The notes below the pieces were generated by a model. The model did not search any database. It saw nothing but the letters and a program-made list of their open reading frames with translations, and was not told the origin of the DNA. The translations under genes were made by a program, and so were the position numbers. From the NCBI GenBank assembly GCA_010015585.1, contig ML975156.1: a stretch of 64,000 bases of DNA; one strand, written 5' to 3'. The stretch comes from Eremomyces bilateralis CBS 781.70 (lineage: Eukaryota). Of the stretch, positions 48,279 to 61,319 are shown piece by piece (positions within the stretch are counted from its first letter, which is position 1; every line of letters starts with the position of its first letter).

Positions 48279-50419
48279 ATGCCGCATCTTAACGGAAACG
48301 GAATAGCCAACGGCCATGGCATCGATCACCGCAACCTGCCCAGCATTTTCACACCACAGCGCAAATTGAGCGTGGTTTGCATTGGTGCTGGCGCCTCGGG
48401 GCTGCTGTTGGCATACAAGCTGCAACGACACTTTGATGACTTCGACCTTAAGGTTTTTGAGAAAAATCCAGAAATTTCGGGCACATGGTTTGAAAACAGT
48501 TATCCCGGGTAAGGTCACTTCACTCAGGCGCTGCATCTGCCTCCATGATGGGCGAGAAACCAAGTGGAAAGTCACGATGCTAACTGCAATATTTGCAGCT
48601 GCGCATGCGACGTCCCGTCCCATTGCTACACCTGGTCTTTCGAGCCCAAGACGGACTGGTCCGCCAACTACGCGGGTTCCAAGGAGATTTTCCAGTATTT
48701 TAAGGACTTCTCCACCAAGTACGGTCTGGAGCAGTACGTCAAGCTTGAGCATGAGGTTATCGGCGCGATCTGGGATGCGAAGGTGAGCAAGTGGCATGTG
48801 CAGACGAAAGACTTGCGGACGGGGCGTGTGAGCACTGACTCGGCGCATGTGCTGATCAATGCGGGTGGGATCCTGAATGCGTGGAGATACCCTCCAATTC
48901 CGGGTATTGAGACGTTCAAGGGGGAGCTGGTGCATTCCGCCGCTTGGCCGGAGGATCTTGATCTCAAGGGGAAAGTGGTCGGACTTATTGGGAATGGGTA
49001 AGCGGAGACGGCGGCAAACAATATCATGAATGCATATGAGACTGACCGTTGTGTAGATCGTCCGGTATCCAAATTCTGCCTGCAATCAAGGGCGAGGTCA
49101 AGGAGCTCAAGACCTTCATCCGCGAGGCCACGTGGGTTGCTCCGCCCGTGGGAGAGGGGTTCAAAGCCTTCTCGCCCGAGGAACAGCAAAGGTTCGCCGA
49201 GGATCCAGAGTACCATCTCGCGGAGCGCCGGAAAATCGAGGCGCGCATGAACAGCAGCTTCGCGATCTTCCACTCTGAGTCTCAGCCTCAGAAGGACACG
49301 CGCCAGTATATGAAGGGCCTGATGGAGGAGAGACTGCAAGATGAGAAGCTCTCCAAGCTACTAATTCCGGAATGGTCGGTCGGCTGTCGACGATTGACGC
49401 CGGGCACGAATTATCTCGAGTCGCTGAGCGATGATAATGTCAAGGTCGTCTATGGAGAGATCACACAGATCACGGAGACGGGAGTGATTTGTGATGATGG
49501 TGCTGGAGAGCACTCAGTCGAGGTGCTGATTTGTGCGACTGGCTTTGACACTACGTTCAAGCCCCGCTTCCCCTTGATCGGATCGACTGGAGAACAGTTG
49601 AGCACGCTTTGGAAGGGTAAAGCGTCTCGAGTGACCATTCATACTTGCTCACAGGCTAACGCTGGATGGCAGACGACCCGAAAGCATATTTTGGTATTGC
49701 AGCTGACAAGTTCCCGAATTATTTCTGTAAGCATCGAATGGGTCGCCTCCAAATGATGAAAGCTACTGACGCAAATGTAGTTACACTTGGCCCCAACTGC
49801 CCAATTGGAAATGGACCAGTGCTCATCTCCATCGAGGCCGAAATCGAGTATATCATCCAGATGCTCTCAAAGTTCCAAAAGGAGAACCTTGACTCGTTTG
49901 AGGTCAAGACGGAATCAGTGGATCAGTTCAACGAGTGGAAAGACGAGTTCATGAAAGACACTAGTAAGCAATAGGCCCATAACCTTGCGGCGCATCCATT
50001 ATAGCTGACGTTCATGCTTCTTAGTCTGGACCGAGGAATGCCGCTCGTGGTACAAAGCAGGCAACAGCCTCGGAAAAGTTCTGGCCCTCTGGCCAGGCAG
50101 CACCCTGCATTACTTGGAAACGATCAAGAGCCCACGCTGGGAGGACTGGACCTACAAGTATCCAGCCGGCAAAAACAAATACATATACCTGGGTAATGGC
50201 CACAGCGCAGCCGAAGTTCAGCAGAGCGACCTCAGCTTCTACATCAGAAACAAGGACGACTCGCCGGTTGATCCGGTGTTGAAGAAGCCGGCGGTAAAGG
50301 CCAAGATTGAGGCGGTGCAGGGCGCAATTCCAGGAGTGGTCACGTCTGAAGCCTCGGGGCACTTTGGGGGAGTGGAGGCTCGCTTCCCTATAGGAGTATC
50401 TAGCAAAGTCGCAAGTTGA
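48279..50419 (+). CDS. Type I Baeyer-Villiger monooxygenase (StcW/MoxY-like flavoprotein)
   Basis: GAGASG, GTWFENSYPG|CACDVP, FKGELVHSAAWP (FxGxxxHxxxWP), GNG|SSG, GCRR, CATGFD, CRSWYK; several introns. Confidence 0.93.
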
Positions 50420-51414
50420 TTGAGGAGCTCGCGGAAGCCATCGCGTATCATATTCAGCGTTTCCTACTGCAATTCAAGCCCTTTGTATTGATTGCGGCTC
50501 AGACCTTTTAAGATGTTCAATATTCCGCGCGGCTAGTCCTGGCTCGGCAGATGAGGAGTTGACTGTAACGGTGGAGAATTGCTAAGAATCCGAGGTGGTG
50601 GTGGTGGTGGCGGAGGCGGGTGTGGCTGTAGAGGAAGGAGAGTCGAGCCAGTAGCGATCTGGGTCAAAATAATAGGGTCGACTTACAATCCTAGGCCCCA
50701 TTGAAGGCGAAAATGGGTTGAATTCTATCTCATAGTTCCCCTGGGGCGGTAAGTGACTGGTTTTCTGAGGAATTGCTTGATGGACGTGGGATCCAAGCAC
50801 CGTATCACCGGTTTCAGGGGCATATCGGGATGATGAGTGAACACGTCGGCGGAATGTTGATCCGGAAGCCTGCGACGGAAATGATCGAGGATTTGGTTCA
50901 TCACATATGTCACCCAAGATGGGGTGCTATAGTAGGAGCTCCAGGAGCTATGGCCTGAAGAGGAGGAAGCTGAGAAGGAATGGAGGAAGAAGGCAGGTGC
51001 TGTACAAATGACGACTCGAGGGTATGATTCCGCACGAGGATGACGATATGGTCAGGTAAACGCAGCCTGTGGTGGAGCCAGGCTTTAACGATATTGGTCT
51101 CATCAGGACAAGTCACCACCAGAGTCTCCTGTCTATTCGCCGGTTTCACGAATGCCGAACAGTGTCCACTTGAGAAACGGGCCCTGAGAAGCTTTGTTGT
51201 GTTGGTAGCAAGCTCCCGAGACCAGGGCTCGTCCGTCCCCATCTCTGAGACCGGTGCTGGTAACATTGCCGTTGCCTTTGAGACTGAGCGCGCGTAAAAA
51301 GAGAACAGCGGTTTTTCAGAGAGAAGGAGACACAGAAACCGACTGGAAAAGCTGACTGGGTTCCGAAGGGATGGTATTGCAGTAGAGGAGAGTACCAAGA
51401 AAGCATAAGAGGAT

Positions 51415-51484
51415 GCAGAGGAAATGGAGCAGAGGAAATGGAGCAGAGGAAATGGAGCAGAGGAAAAGGAGCAGAGGAAAATGA
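51415..51484 (+). repeat. 14-bp minisatellite, 5 copies (GCAGAGGAAATGGA)
   Basis: Three perfect and two variant units. Confidence 0.9.
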
Positions 51485-54400
51485 GTAGAGGATGGTGTTG
51501 CAAATAAGTAGCCAGTGGATCGAACGGTGGTATCGCCCCACTTTATAGGCATCTTGCCTCCCAGCAGCAGAAGGGAGTCCCTCATTTTGACGCTCCTAGC
51601 TCTTCCCTCTGCTTCTCCCTTTCTTTGCGGCGAGGGCCTGAGAAGCTATCGTAGGCTGTGGGAACGGTGTCAGGAGATAAAGTTAAAGACAGGCGTAAAG
51701 GTGGAGGAAACGAGTGGACGATAGCCCTGGACTTTCCAAGTCGGTATCTCATGGAGGAAGGAGTCGGCCTAAGGTTTCCGTTGACAATGTGACCGAGTCA
51801 TCCATGTCCCTGGAATTTCGTTGGTTCGCTGGTCGCTGGAGCTCCGAGTTACGTTGGGGTTCGGGACGTCGATGCCGATACCCGAAAAGGATGATCGGTG
51901 GCAGAGGAGAGTTTATCAACCCCATGCAGGGGGCAAGAGATGAAGATCTTACCGCTCAGGTTGAAACAGAAAGTAAGGGACCACCCCGCATGCGTAGTAG
52001 TAAAAGAAGAAAGAGGGTTGGCTCATGAAGTGTGGAGAGAGGGGGAGAGACTCACTGGCATTTGGGTCTCCGCCACAGGCCCAAACCAAACTAATTGTAT
52101 GCTGTACGGTCCGCCCTGTAGCAGGGCGTTGTTTCCCTGAAGGCATAGCCGGATCTGCTCCGGATACTCACATCGAATCAACTTCACACGGTCGCCGTCA
52201 GGCTGAGGACTGGCCTGACTGAACTTCTGGGTAAGGAAATAGCGACGGAGACCATCGATGATCTGGCGACCAAAGCCAAGCCACTCCCAATGCCAGGACA
52301 CATCTGTTTCAGCAGATGTAGTAGATACGGATAAAATATCGCGAAGAGAAGGTAGGCGACGACAGGACGAAGGCCGCGAGGCAGAGTCGCGACGTGGTCA
52401 TTGCTACCCAATCCCCTAGCTGGAGGAATGGAATGAGAGAACCCTCCCTTTCCAACATCATCAGTGTTGAGGGATCCCCCTCAAACAGCTACTAAGCTCG
52501 TTGGCCCTGCGCTAATATCTAGCTGCGGCGTGCCACTTGAGAACCATTGTCTGCTCTCAGCACGTTGTTGATAGCTAAGCAAGGACCGAGTGGACGATAA
52601 GCCCTGACTTGCAAGTGGGCTTTAAGAGCCGGCTTAGCCGCCTAACACGGTCAGATCAACTCATACAAAACTCTCGTATTTGATTAGGGCGTTGGAAGTC
52701 TCCGTGAATTCTTCGTGTTCCTTCATGCGAGCAAATTGGAGTTCCAAGGACTACTAATATCGCAGTTGGTGGGGGAAAGGCGGACTTGAAAGTAGTAGTG
52801 GGTTACCAAACGGCACAGTGACAAACATGAAGGCCTCCTCACTCACTTCCGGAAGAGCGCAACCCCAGAATCCTTCAACAGGGACAGACCGAATTGGGTC
52901 CCCTACACTAAATGAAAACAGCTGGAACAGGCCGGTTTGGAAGGGAGAACCGCCCCTTTAACTATTGACCATCAATAGACAACCATGCCCCCCTTTCGGC
53001 CGAAGAATCATTCCCAGATTCCGACTTTGAATGGCTGCGCCGCCACGCAACTCCTTCGTACTCTACTTTGTATGCGAGACAAGTTTCCAGCGATGGTTCA
53101 ACGTAGCCGGGTTTCGATCAGTCGGCATTTGCCGATTCAGTTCTTTTGTGACGGTCCCCTAGTGGCAGTTGTGCTTCTCGGCGAAGCGAAGAAGCAGGCC
53201 ATCTTCAGCATGACTGATGGGAATCCTCTTTCGCATCTGCTTCGCCCGCTTCTTCTCGTGCTTCCCCTGCTGATCCCTCTGGTCCCTCTAACTCTTCGGA
53301 TTCCGGATCCGGATCCGCAACGACAGGTTCGCTGCCGGTGCTAGCGCGGGTGCCTAAGTCCGTCCACTATCATCAGACACGCTCAGCTCACCCTCTTTTG
53401 GCGGCGAGGAGGTGTCAGGGGACCCGTAACCTTCCACCCTAGCCGTTCGCAGATCCCCCCGCAGCTCAACGTAGTGGTCGAGCATCTCACGTGCCAGGTC
53501 GTTCGAAACCTACTGCGAAGCAAGTAGTTCCGCGACCAAGCGGTTCGTTTGATGGGAGCCGTCCGCAATTTCAGCCAGGCACTGGTTCCGGGCACCGGGA
53601 AGCACCATGACGTGACCTACTGGGCGCGGTTCAAATGATGAAGAAGGCGGGATCCGCAGTGGCGGAGGAGCCGGGGTGGGATACTGTACCAGTGGTGGCG
53701 AGGAGTTATGCGTTGCATGGCGTTGTTGCTGCTAGTAGAACGAAGGAAGGATAGATCAGGGACTGGCCAGGGACGTGGGTGAGAGTGGAAGGGAGGCGAG
53801 AGCAGGAAGAAGGAAAGAAGGATGACGGCGCAGCTAAGTGCAGGTGATACCGAGCGCAGCTGACTTACCACCTTAAAGCGGACATGGAGCTGTTGCGTCA
53901 AAGATGGACCCTGTAACATGCTCATAACGAGCTCGTACTCCCTAGTGGACCCAACTCTCCACGGAGGCACTCCTTGAGTTGCTCCTCGTTCCCGCCCCGC
54001 ACTTCTAGGATCTTGATGGCGCCAAAACCATATAGTTCTGCCTCGAAGCGCTTGCTCGGAAACCGATCTTGAAGATGGCGTAACGCTCCATGTGCCGAGT
54101 TGCTGCTAATCCTGCTCGCTCCAAGGGCTTCTGTGAATCCCGGACCCATTAATAAGTCCGGCATAGCCTGGGGGAGAAGAGAAGAGATGGCAGCAGTAGC
54201 TGCAGGAGCGGGAGCAAGAGGGGAAGGAAGTAGTGGTGGTGAAGGAGGTATCGTCGCCGGCGTCGGGTAGAATTATCACCGTAAGAGAGATCTAAAGATG
54301 CCGGGGAAATTAGGATGGAAGAGGTACCAGCCGACGAGAGTGAAGCGGTAGGAGGAAGCCTGAGTAAGCTAGCAGAGAAAGGAATTGATCAAAACTGTCA

Positions 54401-55572
54401 TCATCGTGTCCTTTTAATAGTCGAACCGATCGATCCCCGGATCAGGGGGAAGCGGCAGACAGGATCGCCCTCCCTCTTAACAGCCCTCGCAATATCCTCC
54501 TCATATTTTTTCTCTGCAATTGTTGCAGCCGTGTGTGTTGGAGAGCCGAGAGCGGCACTGTCGGTCGTAGATTGGAGCGAAGGGGCTTGGAAAACCCCAG
54601 TCCGGTCTGATTTCGAGGAGCAGCATGATCGTGAGGACTTGATCTAGGTGGAGTGTTTAGGGAGGGGGAAAACACTGGGGGGGTGAGGGAAGTGGGGGGG
54701 GGGGGTGAAGCAAGGGGGGGAACGCAATGTGATCGTTCCATTTCGAGGAGGAAGGGAGCGAGCGATTGGGCGAGGTCGGTTTGGGAGGAAATTCGTTGGG
54801 AAAAGGATACGAGGCGAAGCGGTCACCGATACCGATTTTGAAGAGGAGAAGGTAAAGAGATTTCGAAGACGGTGAAGAACGTGAGGGCTAGAGGGATGGG
54901 GGGTTGGAGATGGGACGGAGAGGGTGTAGTGTATTTCTGGAAAAAAGATTGGAAAGATATGAACGATATCGATATGGAGGATTTAAAGTCGAAGAGGGCT
55001 GGACAAAAGAAATCAACTCGTAGGCTGCGAGGCGTGTTGAGGTCATCATTATTGGGACAGCGAAGCGTTAATTCCTTGTGGATAGCACAATCTATACGAG
55101 TATGCTTCACCTTGGAAGGTTTAATATATTTGGATATGTCCGTGTACGTGATTATCACTACGAAGATTCTGGGTTTACGTTCTTTAGGATGTTAAGGTGA
55201 AGAAGATGCAAAATGTGAATAAAAGTACCATTTATTAGATGGAAAGTGAAGGTGGTTTAACTACTCTAACTATCCATAATAATAATTACGAAATGGGATT
55301 TCTGGAGCGTTGCACTACTCTAGGTCTCAAACGGAAGCTCGCGGTTCTAGCGTCATCTGCGATAACAACTACGGCAATAATATCCCGCACTTTAGTTAAG
55401 TAGGAACAGTCGAACCTTTAGGATTCGTATCTTGAATTTTGATAAAATCAAACTGAGGAGTTTATCGGACGGGCATTCGTCGTCAATCTGAAGATTCTCT
55501 CGCTTTCCATTTATACCTGCCTGTACACTCCGTCAATCGGTTTAAGTCATATCGGTACTCTTTCGGTGTACG

Positions 55573-56486
55573 ATGCCGGACAACGCTTCAGCAATCTCGG
55601 TACCGACAATCGAGGTCCAAAACTTAAGCTACAAGTTTCCCGATGGATCCTCTGGGCTACACAGCCTTGACTTGAGTTTGCCCTCCGGGAGTAGAACACT
55701 TCTCATCGGAGGTATCGTCCTTCATTTCATTGAATGATTCCACGATCGTCGGCTTACACATCCTTAGCAAATGGTGCGGGGAAAACCACGCTGCTTCGCT
55801 TGCTCTCTGGCAAGCGCATGCCCCCGACAAACACCGTCAAAATTGCCTCCGTTGACCCATTTACCACGGGATTGGAGGGCGTCACCTATCTTGGAGTGGA
55901 ATGGGTGCTCAATCCGATTGTTCGCACCGATATTGCGGTCCCCGAACTGCTCAAGTCCATTGGGGGAGACTTCTATCCGGATCGACGGGATGAGCTGATC
56001 CGCATCCTAGACATCGACCTGGAATGGCGCATGCACGCCGTCAGCGATGGCGAGAGACGGCGCGTGCAGGTAGCAATGGGATTGATTCGGCCTTGGCGCG
56101 TGCTGCTGTTGGATGAAGTAACCGTGGACCTAGATTTGCTGTCCCGCGCGAATTTCCTAACTTTCCTGAAGAAAGAGACGGAATCCAGACCATGCACGAT
56201 TGTGTATGCGACGCATATCTTGGATAACCTCTCTACGTGGCCGACACATTTGGTGCACATGTCGCTGGGGAAAATCAAGAAGGCAGGCACCGTGGAAGAA
56301 TTGGCTCGTGGAGAACGGCTCGATACTTGGGGAAGCACCGGTAATTCGAAGCTCGGCGATTTGGTGTTGGAATGGCTACAGGAAGATTTCATTGAAAGAG
56401 GTCCAAGAAATGAAAGGGGGAATCAGTATCTGAGCTACCAGAGTCACGAAGGAAAGGGTGGGTATGGCCTTGAGAAAAGGCCGTGA
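55573..56486 (+). CDS. CAF16: CCR4-associated factor 16, soluble ABC ATPase
   Basis: LLIG|ANGAGKTTLL, TYLGVEW, WRMHAVSDGERRRVQ, LLLDEVTVDLD, YATHILD; one intron. Confidence 0.92.
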
Positions 56487-56682
56487 TGCCGGTATGGAAG
56501 ATGTTCATTTCCTATCGTGAATCAACGGCGTTTAGGATGGCTTCAACAAGCCGAGGGATGATACCCGGATGGCTCAACGTGGCTTTGTCTTAGCATGACC
56601 CGTGTTTTCAACACTGAGGATTCAACAACTAGAGACTAGGCGGGTATATAACGAGAACATGTGTTTTGGCAATATTATGGTG

Positions 56683-57922
56683 CTAGTATATTCGATTCCT
56701 ACCCGTCGTTATAGCATCCCCTAGGACTAGCTCCACATCGTCCAACCCTGGATCATTGTTCGGAGAAAGTACTTGACCTTTCCAAAGTGCACGTAAGGAA
56801 GCCCCCATCACAAATATCCACATCACTATGAGCAGGAGAGTCAAGCCAGCTCCAACTCCTTGCACTCCTTTACTCCCCAACGCATCCCCAATCTGAATGC
56901 ACGCAATTGCTAACCCGACATTGGGGAAGATAAAGGCCCACCAGTTCAGTGTCCAGCTCATTCTTCGTACGACTCGAAGCACCGTAATGGTAGCAAGTGC
57001 GCAAAACCAAAAGGCGACAAGAAATAAAAAGATTCCCGATACGAACCCGAGCACCGCCATCACTGAACCCACTGGGATAGGTGTGGGTGAGGCGGAGCTG
57101 AGATTCAAGGTAGGGAATAGTCCTGGACTCGCACGGCCAAGCGATATGAGCCCCGCCGATGTGTATGCTGTGGATATCAGCATTCTAGCTAGGACAATGT
57201 AGGTTGGGTGAATGCATACCAGCCGGACCAACAGCAACGTACATGCCCGGCCTCATCCCATGGGCAGGCATCTTATGTGTAGTGAGCCGCGTAAGATACA
57301 TCGTGTATATGATAAACGCGATTGTCCATCCCAGCCCCTGAATTGCAATCCCCGCAATTAATATCCGTTGGCCACTTTCCACCGGCTGTGACTTCAAAAG
57401 TACACCAGCCAAAGGCCCTGTGACGAGGGAAGGGTATGCGGGCAAAATCCATGCCGGCATGGCGTCTGCGATCAGCAGCCTCTCCACTGAGAAAATCGCT
57501 TGATATTGGAAAATCGCCACGCATAGGGAACAAGATATATAGACCCAAAAGAGTACTTCCAGCGCCCGGATGAGCCACGGTCCAGACCTAGGAACGCCAT
57601 ATGCTTGAATGGAATAGATGATCAACGCAACGCTCACCCAATATGCGCCGAAGAAGAAAGACTCATTGGGATGATGGAGACTCGCAAGCCATGCACGAGG
57701 ATTCCGCGTGATACGGATGAACATCATGAGATTGAATATGAAGAAGAGAACGGCATCGAAAATGAAGAACATTGTGCCGATCGCTACCAGCCCACGGAAG
57801 GGAAATGGCTGCTGCGAGAGGAGTGCGGCGATAGCACCAGTGGACATCGTGCACGTAAACCATGGCCAAGTGATGCGGGACAATCGATATATCAGGGGTA
57901 GCTTCACTGGAGCGTCAGTCAT
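56683..57922 (-). CDS. SLAC1/TDT family C4-dicarboxylate (malate) transporter, Mae1-like
   Basis: TWPWFTCTMSTGA, ESFFF, PAWILPAYP, RPGMYVAVGP, WWAFIFPNVG; one intron. Confidence 0.9.
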
Positions 57923-58826
57923 ATCCAGACTCCCTCGCGGAACGGGCGATAGAATAGAACAAAAATGCGATGGAATTATACACCACCCTTCAAATAACAA
58001 AGACAAGTTATGACTCGCTGTATAACTGACAAGAATTGAAAAGTTTTAGATATGGATGGCGACCGATTTCACAATGCCGTTGGAGAAACGGTCGGACCGA
58101 ACCAGGAGGGATTACGGTGTGCCTCGTGATGGAAGTGTGTACCGATGACGTAGATGGGCACCAACCCATGGTAGTAAATAGACCATGCGAAAAATAAACC
58201 GCGTCTCAGATATGAAAGTATCCCATCTTGATTCAGGTTGTTGATCGAAGTCATATCACTGCCGTGGATGGTTTCCGGAAGCACACAGATCTTAGACCTC
58301 AATCAGCTGAGAGAAACAAGATGGAAAGTGGAGTCAGGAATAGAGTTGAACGGATCATATTGATCAATGACAGGTGCTCCACAAAGCGCCTCGCTCCCTG
58401 ACATACACTATGCTCGGGATGCTAGATTCAACTAACTCTGGTAGAGTTCTGGTATTTACAAACCATGAATCGCTCGTTTCCTAACCACGGGACGTTCGTT
58501 CTGCCAATCTCTCCTGGGCAACTGGTAGAGGAGCCCGATGAAACAATGCTTCGCAATGCCATGTGAGGAGTTGACGCCATAAAATCGTAAATAGACCGCA
58601 CTGCGCCGTCTCAGCCATCTTCCGAGCGTACTTTCTCCTATCGCTCCTCACTCCCCTGGCCTACATCTCCAGTCTGGTCTGTCGTTCCCGCTCCGTCCGT
58701 TGGCCTCGGTGACAAAACCTGCAATGGACCCTGTTCACTCGGTCGACTATTCTCCTCTTCTTCACCATCCACTGTCTCCGGTATCCCACCAATGCAACAC
58801 GCCACTTTAACCTTGCTTTACGCTGC

Positions 58827-61319
58827 TCAATCCACTTGACTTGGGTCAGTGGCAATCAGGTCATCGCCCCCCGCCGTGACTGAGCTGTCCTTCGAGTCGC
58901 GGAACCCCCGTTGTTTCGTCCATAACTTGAAGAACTTCCCCTTCATCGCGAGTAGCTCGTCGTGCGTGCCACGCTCAATGATATGTCCCTTGTCGACCAC
59001 GAGGATCAGATTCGCATCCATGATAGTGGACAAGCGATGGGCTATGACGAACGTCGTCCGTCCGACACTCAACCGACTGAATGCATCTTGGATCTGCCCT
59101 TCCGTCTCGGAATCCACGGCCGACGTCGCTTCGTCCAGTAAGACGATCTTGGGATTTTTGAGCAGCACCCGCGCAATGGATACGCGCTGCAGCTCGCCAC
59201 CGGAGAGCTTGACGCCTCGCTCGCCGACCTTAGATGCGTAGCCGTCTGGGAACGATAGGATTTTCTCGTGGATGGACGCCGCTTTGCAAGCTTCGTAGAT
59301 TTCCTCGTCGGTGGCCTCCAGTCGTGCGTACCGCACATTCTCCATTATCGACTGGTTGAAGAGGGTGGAATCTTGGGGAACTACGCCCATGTGCTCACGA
59401 AGGCTGGAGAGCGTGACGTCCTTGATGTTCTGGCCATCGATCTCGATACCGCCGCTTTTCACGTCGTAGAAGCGGAAGAGGAGCTTCAGCATCGTTGACT
59501 TGCCACTTCCCGTCTCACCTACGAAAGCAACGGTGTTGCCCGGCTCGGCGGTAAAGTTGACGTCGATCAACGTCGGTTTCCGCTCGTCGTATGCAAAGCT
59601 CACGTTTTTGAACTCGACTCGTCCATCGGTGATGTTCAGTTCCTCGGCTTCTTCTTTGTCCACGACCGCCGGTTTGGTGAGAACAAGCTGCAAGAGCCTC
59701 TCCGCGTCAATCAAATATTGGGCGACATTCCGGTAACTCCTTGCAAGTACAGAGATCGGGTGCGTCAGCCCTTGCCAGTAGCTGATGAGCGCAATGAAGC
59801 TTCCGACACTCTGTTCGCCACGAGCGATCTTGAATGCGGCCAGGAAGCAGGCGCATAGCAAGCCAAGCTGAAGAATATTTTGCTGAAGGCCGTACCAGAT
59901 GTCGATGAGTATCCAATACTTGAGTCGCAGTTCCATCACTTCGAGGGTACAGTCTCGAAACCTCTTCATCGAATGGCTAAGGCGGTTGAAGTACGTCACC
60001 GTCTGCCAATTCCCAATGCTCTCGTACATGACATTGCTCTTGTTCCGGCTGAGTTCGACGTATTTGCGACGGATCGGACGGAATGCTTTTGTAGATCGAG
60101 CAACGCACCAGGTGTAGGAGACGGAGCTGACCAATAACACCAGAGCGAGGTTGACGTCGAACAGATAGCTCACAAATGAGACCGTCAGGAAGACATGGAA
60201 GATAAGCGGCATGAGCTCGAAGCAGACGTCCTCTAGAAGGTTTGTGAGAGCTTCTCCTTGGCTGATAGCCTGGGTGACCTCTCCCGAAGCCTTGTCGTTG
60301 TGAAATTCCATAGACAGGCTCATTATGTGGTTAAAAGTGAAGGTCTTCAGTGCCACCGATTGCCAAATGCTGACCACCGTAAGCAGTAGCTGCTGCGCCA
60401 TTTGGATGAAGAGTGGACCTCGGAGGAACTGCAATCCCATCCATATGGAGATATCTTTCCAAGGAACAACTCCGGTCCCCGTAACCTCCGTGAGCTTGTT
60501 TGTCAAAATTCCTAGCTGCAGAGGAATAAGGAGGTCGATTAGGAGATCCACGACGGTTAAGATTCCACGGAGGACCAGGAAAACCATAATTCTCCGCTCT
60601 TTGACGGGGAAAACGTAAGGGATGAAAACCGAGAAGCGTTTGGCATATGCGTACCAGCCATCTTCCTTGATTTTCTTGCTGATATCAGCCTTGGTTTTGT
60701 CCCCCTTGTGGATGCTCTCGCCATCGGAATCGTAATTGGAGTCCTCGACGACTATCAACGGCTGGCGTTCCTCCTCTGTCGATGGGCCGTGTGTGTACTT
60801 GCCGACCAGGAAGATCCCGTTGATAACGAGCATTGATAGCAATATGACGCGTCCTGCTTGAAGTCCAAGACGGGCGTCATCGTATATATTTGTCCGGGTA
60901 TTGCCCGTAGCGCTGAGGATGAGCAACACGACCTCAAATATTAGACCTAGAATCCATCCGCCAAGGTATGGCATCCAGAACACGTCGACGACATCGAGCG
61001 CGATGACTTCGACCATCCCCCAGACACAGCATGCGAGGACCACCCGCACCACATTCTCTTCTTGAAGCTCCCAATTCGGATTCCGGGCAATTCGGACGAC
61101 ATAGAGGATCCCTTCACCGAGGTAACCGAGAAGCAAGAAGGACATCAAGATTACCGCGACGATTCGTTGTCGTTTGATGTATTTGACTTTTGTTGAGGTG
61201 TGGAATTGCGATGCGGCGTATGCGGTGGATGCTCCAAACCAAACCGCGAGCACGATGCCTTGAGCATAGGATAGAGCCTCGAGTGCCGTAATGGCACTCA
61301 CATCCTTTCCCAGCATCAT
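58827..61319 (-). CDS. Half-size ABCB transporter, heavy-metal-tolerance HMT1/ABCB6-like (830 aa, intronless)
   Basis: N-terminal hydrophobic extension, TMD, GETGSGKST, LSGGELQR, LLDEATSAVD, IAHRLST. Confidence 0.9.
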   Translation of the reverse strand: MMLGKDVSAITALEALSYAQGIVLAVWFGASTAYAASQFHTSTKVKYIKRQRIVAVILMSFLLLGYLGEGILYVVRIARNPNWELQEENVVRVVLACCVWGMVEVIALDVVDVFWMPYLGGWILGLIFEVVLLILSATGNTRTNIYDDARLGLQAGRVILLSMLVINGIFLVGKYTHGPSTEEERQPLIVVEDSNYDSDGESIHKGDKTKADISKKIKEDGWYAYAKRFSVFIPYVFPVKERRIMVFLVLRGILTVVDLLIDLLIPLQLGILTNKLTEVTGTGVVPWKDISIWMGLQFLRGPLFIQMAQQLLLTVVSIWQSVALKTFTFNHIMSLSMEFHNDKASGEVTQAISQGEALTNLLEDVCFELMPLIFHVFLTVSFVSYLFDVNLALVLLVSSVSYTWCVARSTKAFRPIRRKYVELSRNKSNVMYESIGNWQTVTYFNRLSHSMKRFRDCTLEVMELRLKYWILIDIWYGLQQNILQLGLLCACFLAAFKIARGEQSVGSFIALISYWQGLTHPISVLARSYRNVAQYLIDAERLLQLVLTKPAVVDKEEAEELNITDGRVEFKNVSFAYDERKPTLIDVNFTAEPGNTVAFVGETGSGKSTMLKLLFRFYDVKSGGIEIDGQNIKDVTLSSLREHMGVVPQDSTLFNQSIMENVRYARLEATDEEIYEACKAASIHEKILSFPDGYASKVGERGVKLSGGELQRVSIARVLLKNPKIVLLDEATSAVDSETEGQIQDAFSRLSVGRTTFVIAHRLSTIMDANLILVVDKGHIIERGTHDELLAMKGKFFKLWTKQRGFRDSKDSSVTAGGDDLIATDPSQVD

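Noticed and set aside
42353..50419. Trichothecene or sterigmatocystin biosynthetic cluster
   Set aside because: Tri12-like and StcW-like are broad family labels; no terpene synthase, PKS or P450 is present.
51415..51484. CRISPR-like array
   Set aside because: Head-to-tail 14-bp units without spacers in eukaryotic DNA; a minisatellite.
55573..61319. CAF16, Mae1-like and HMT1-like genes as cluster members
   Set aside because: Separated by the degenerate region and I noticed no GTCA-N8-TGAC site upstream of them (not an exhaustive scan); a link for the dicarboxylate transporter is unsupported.
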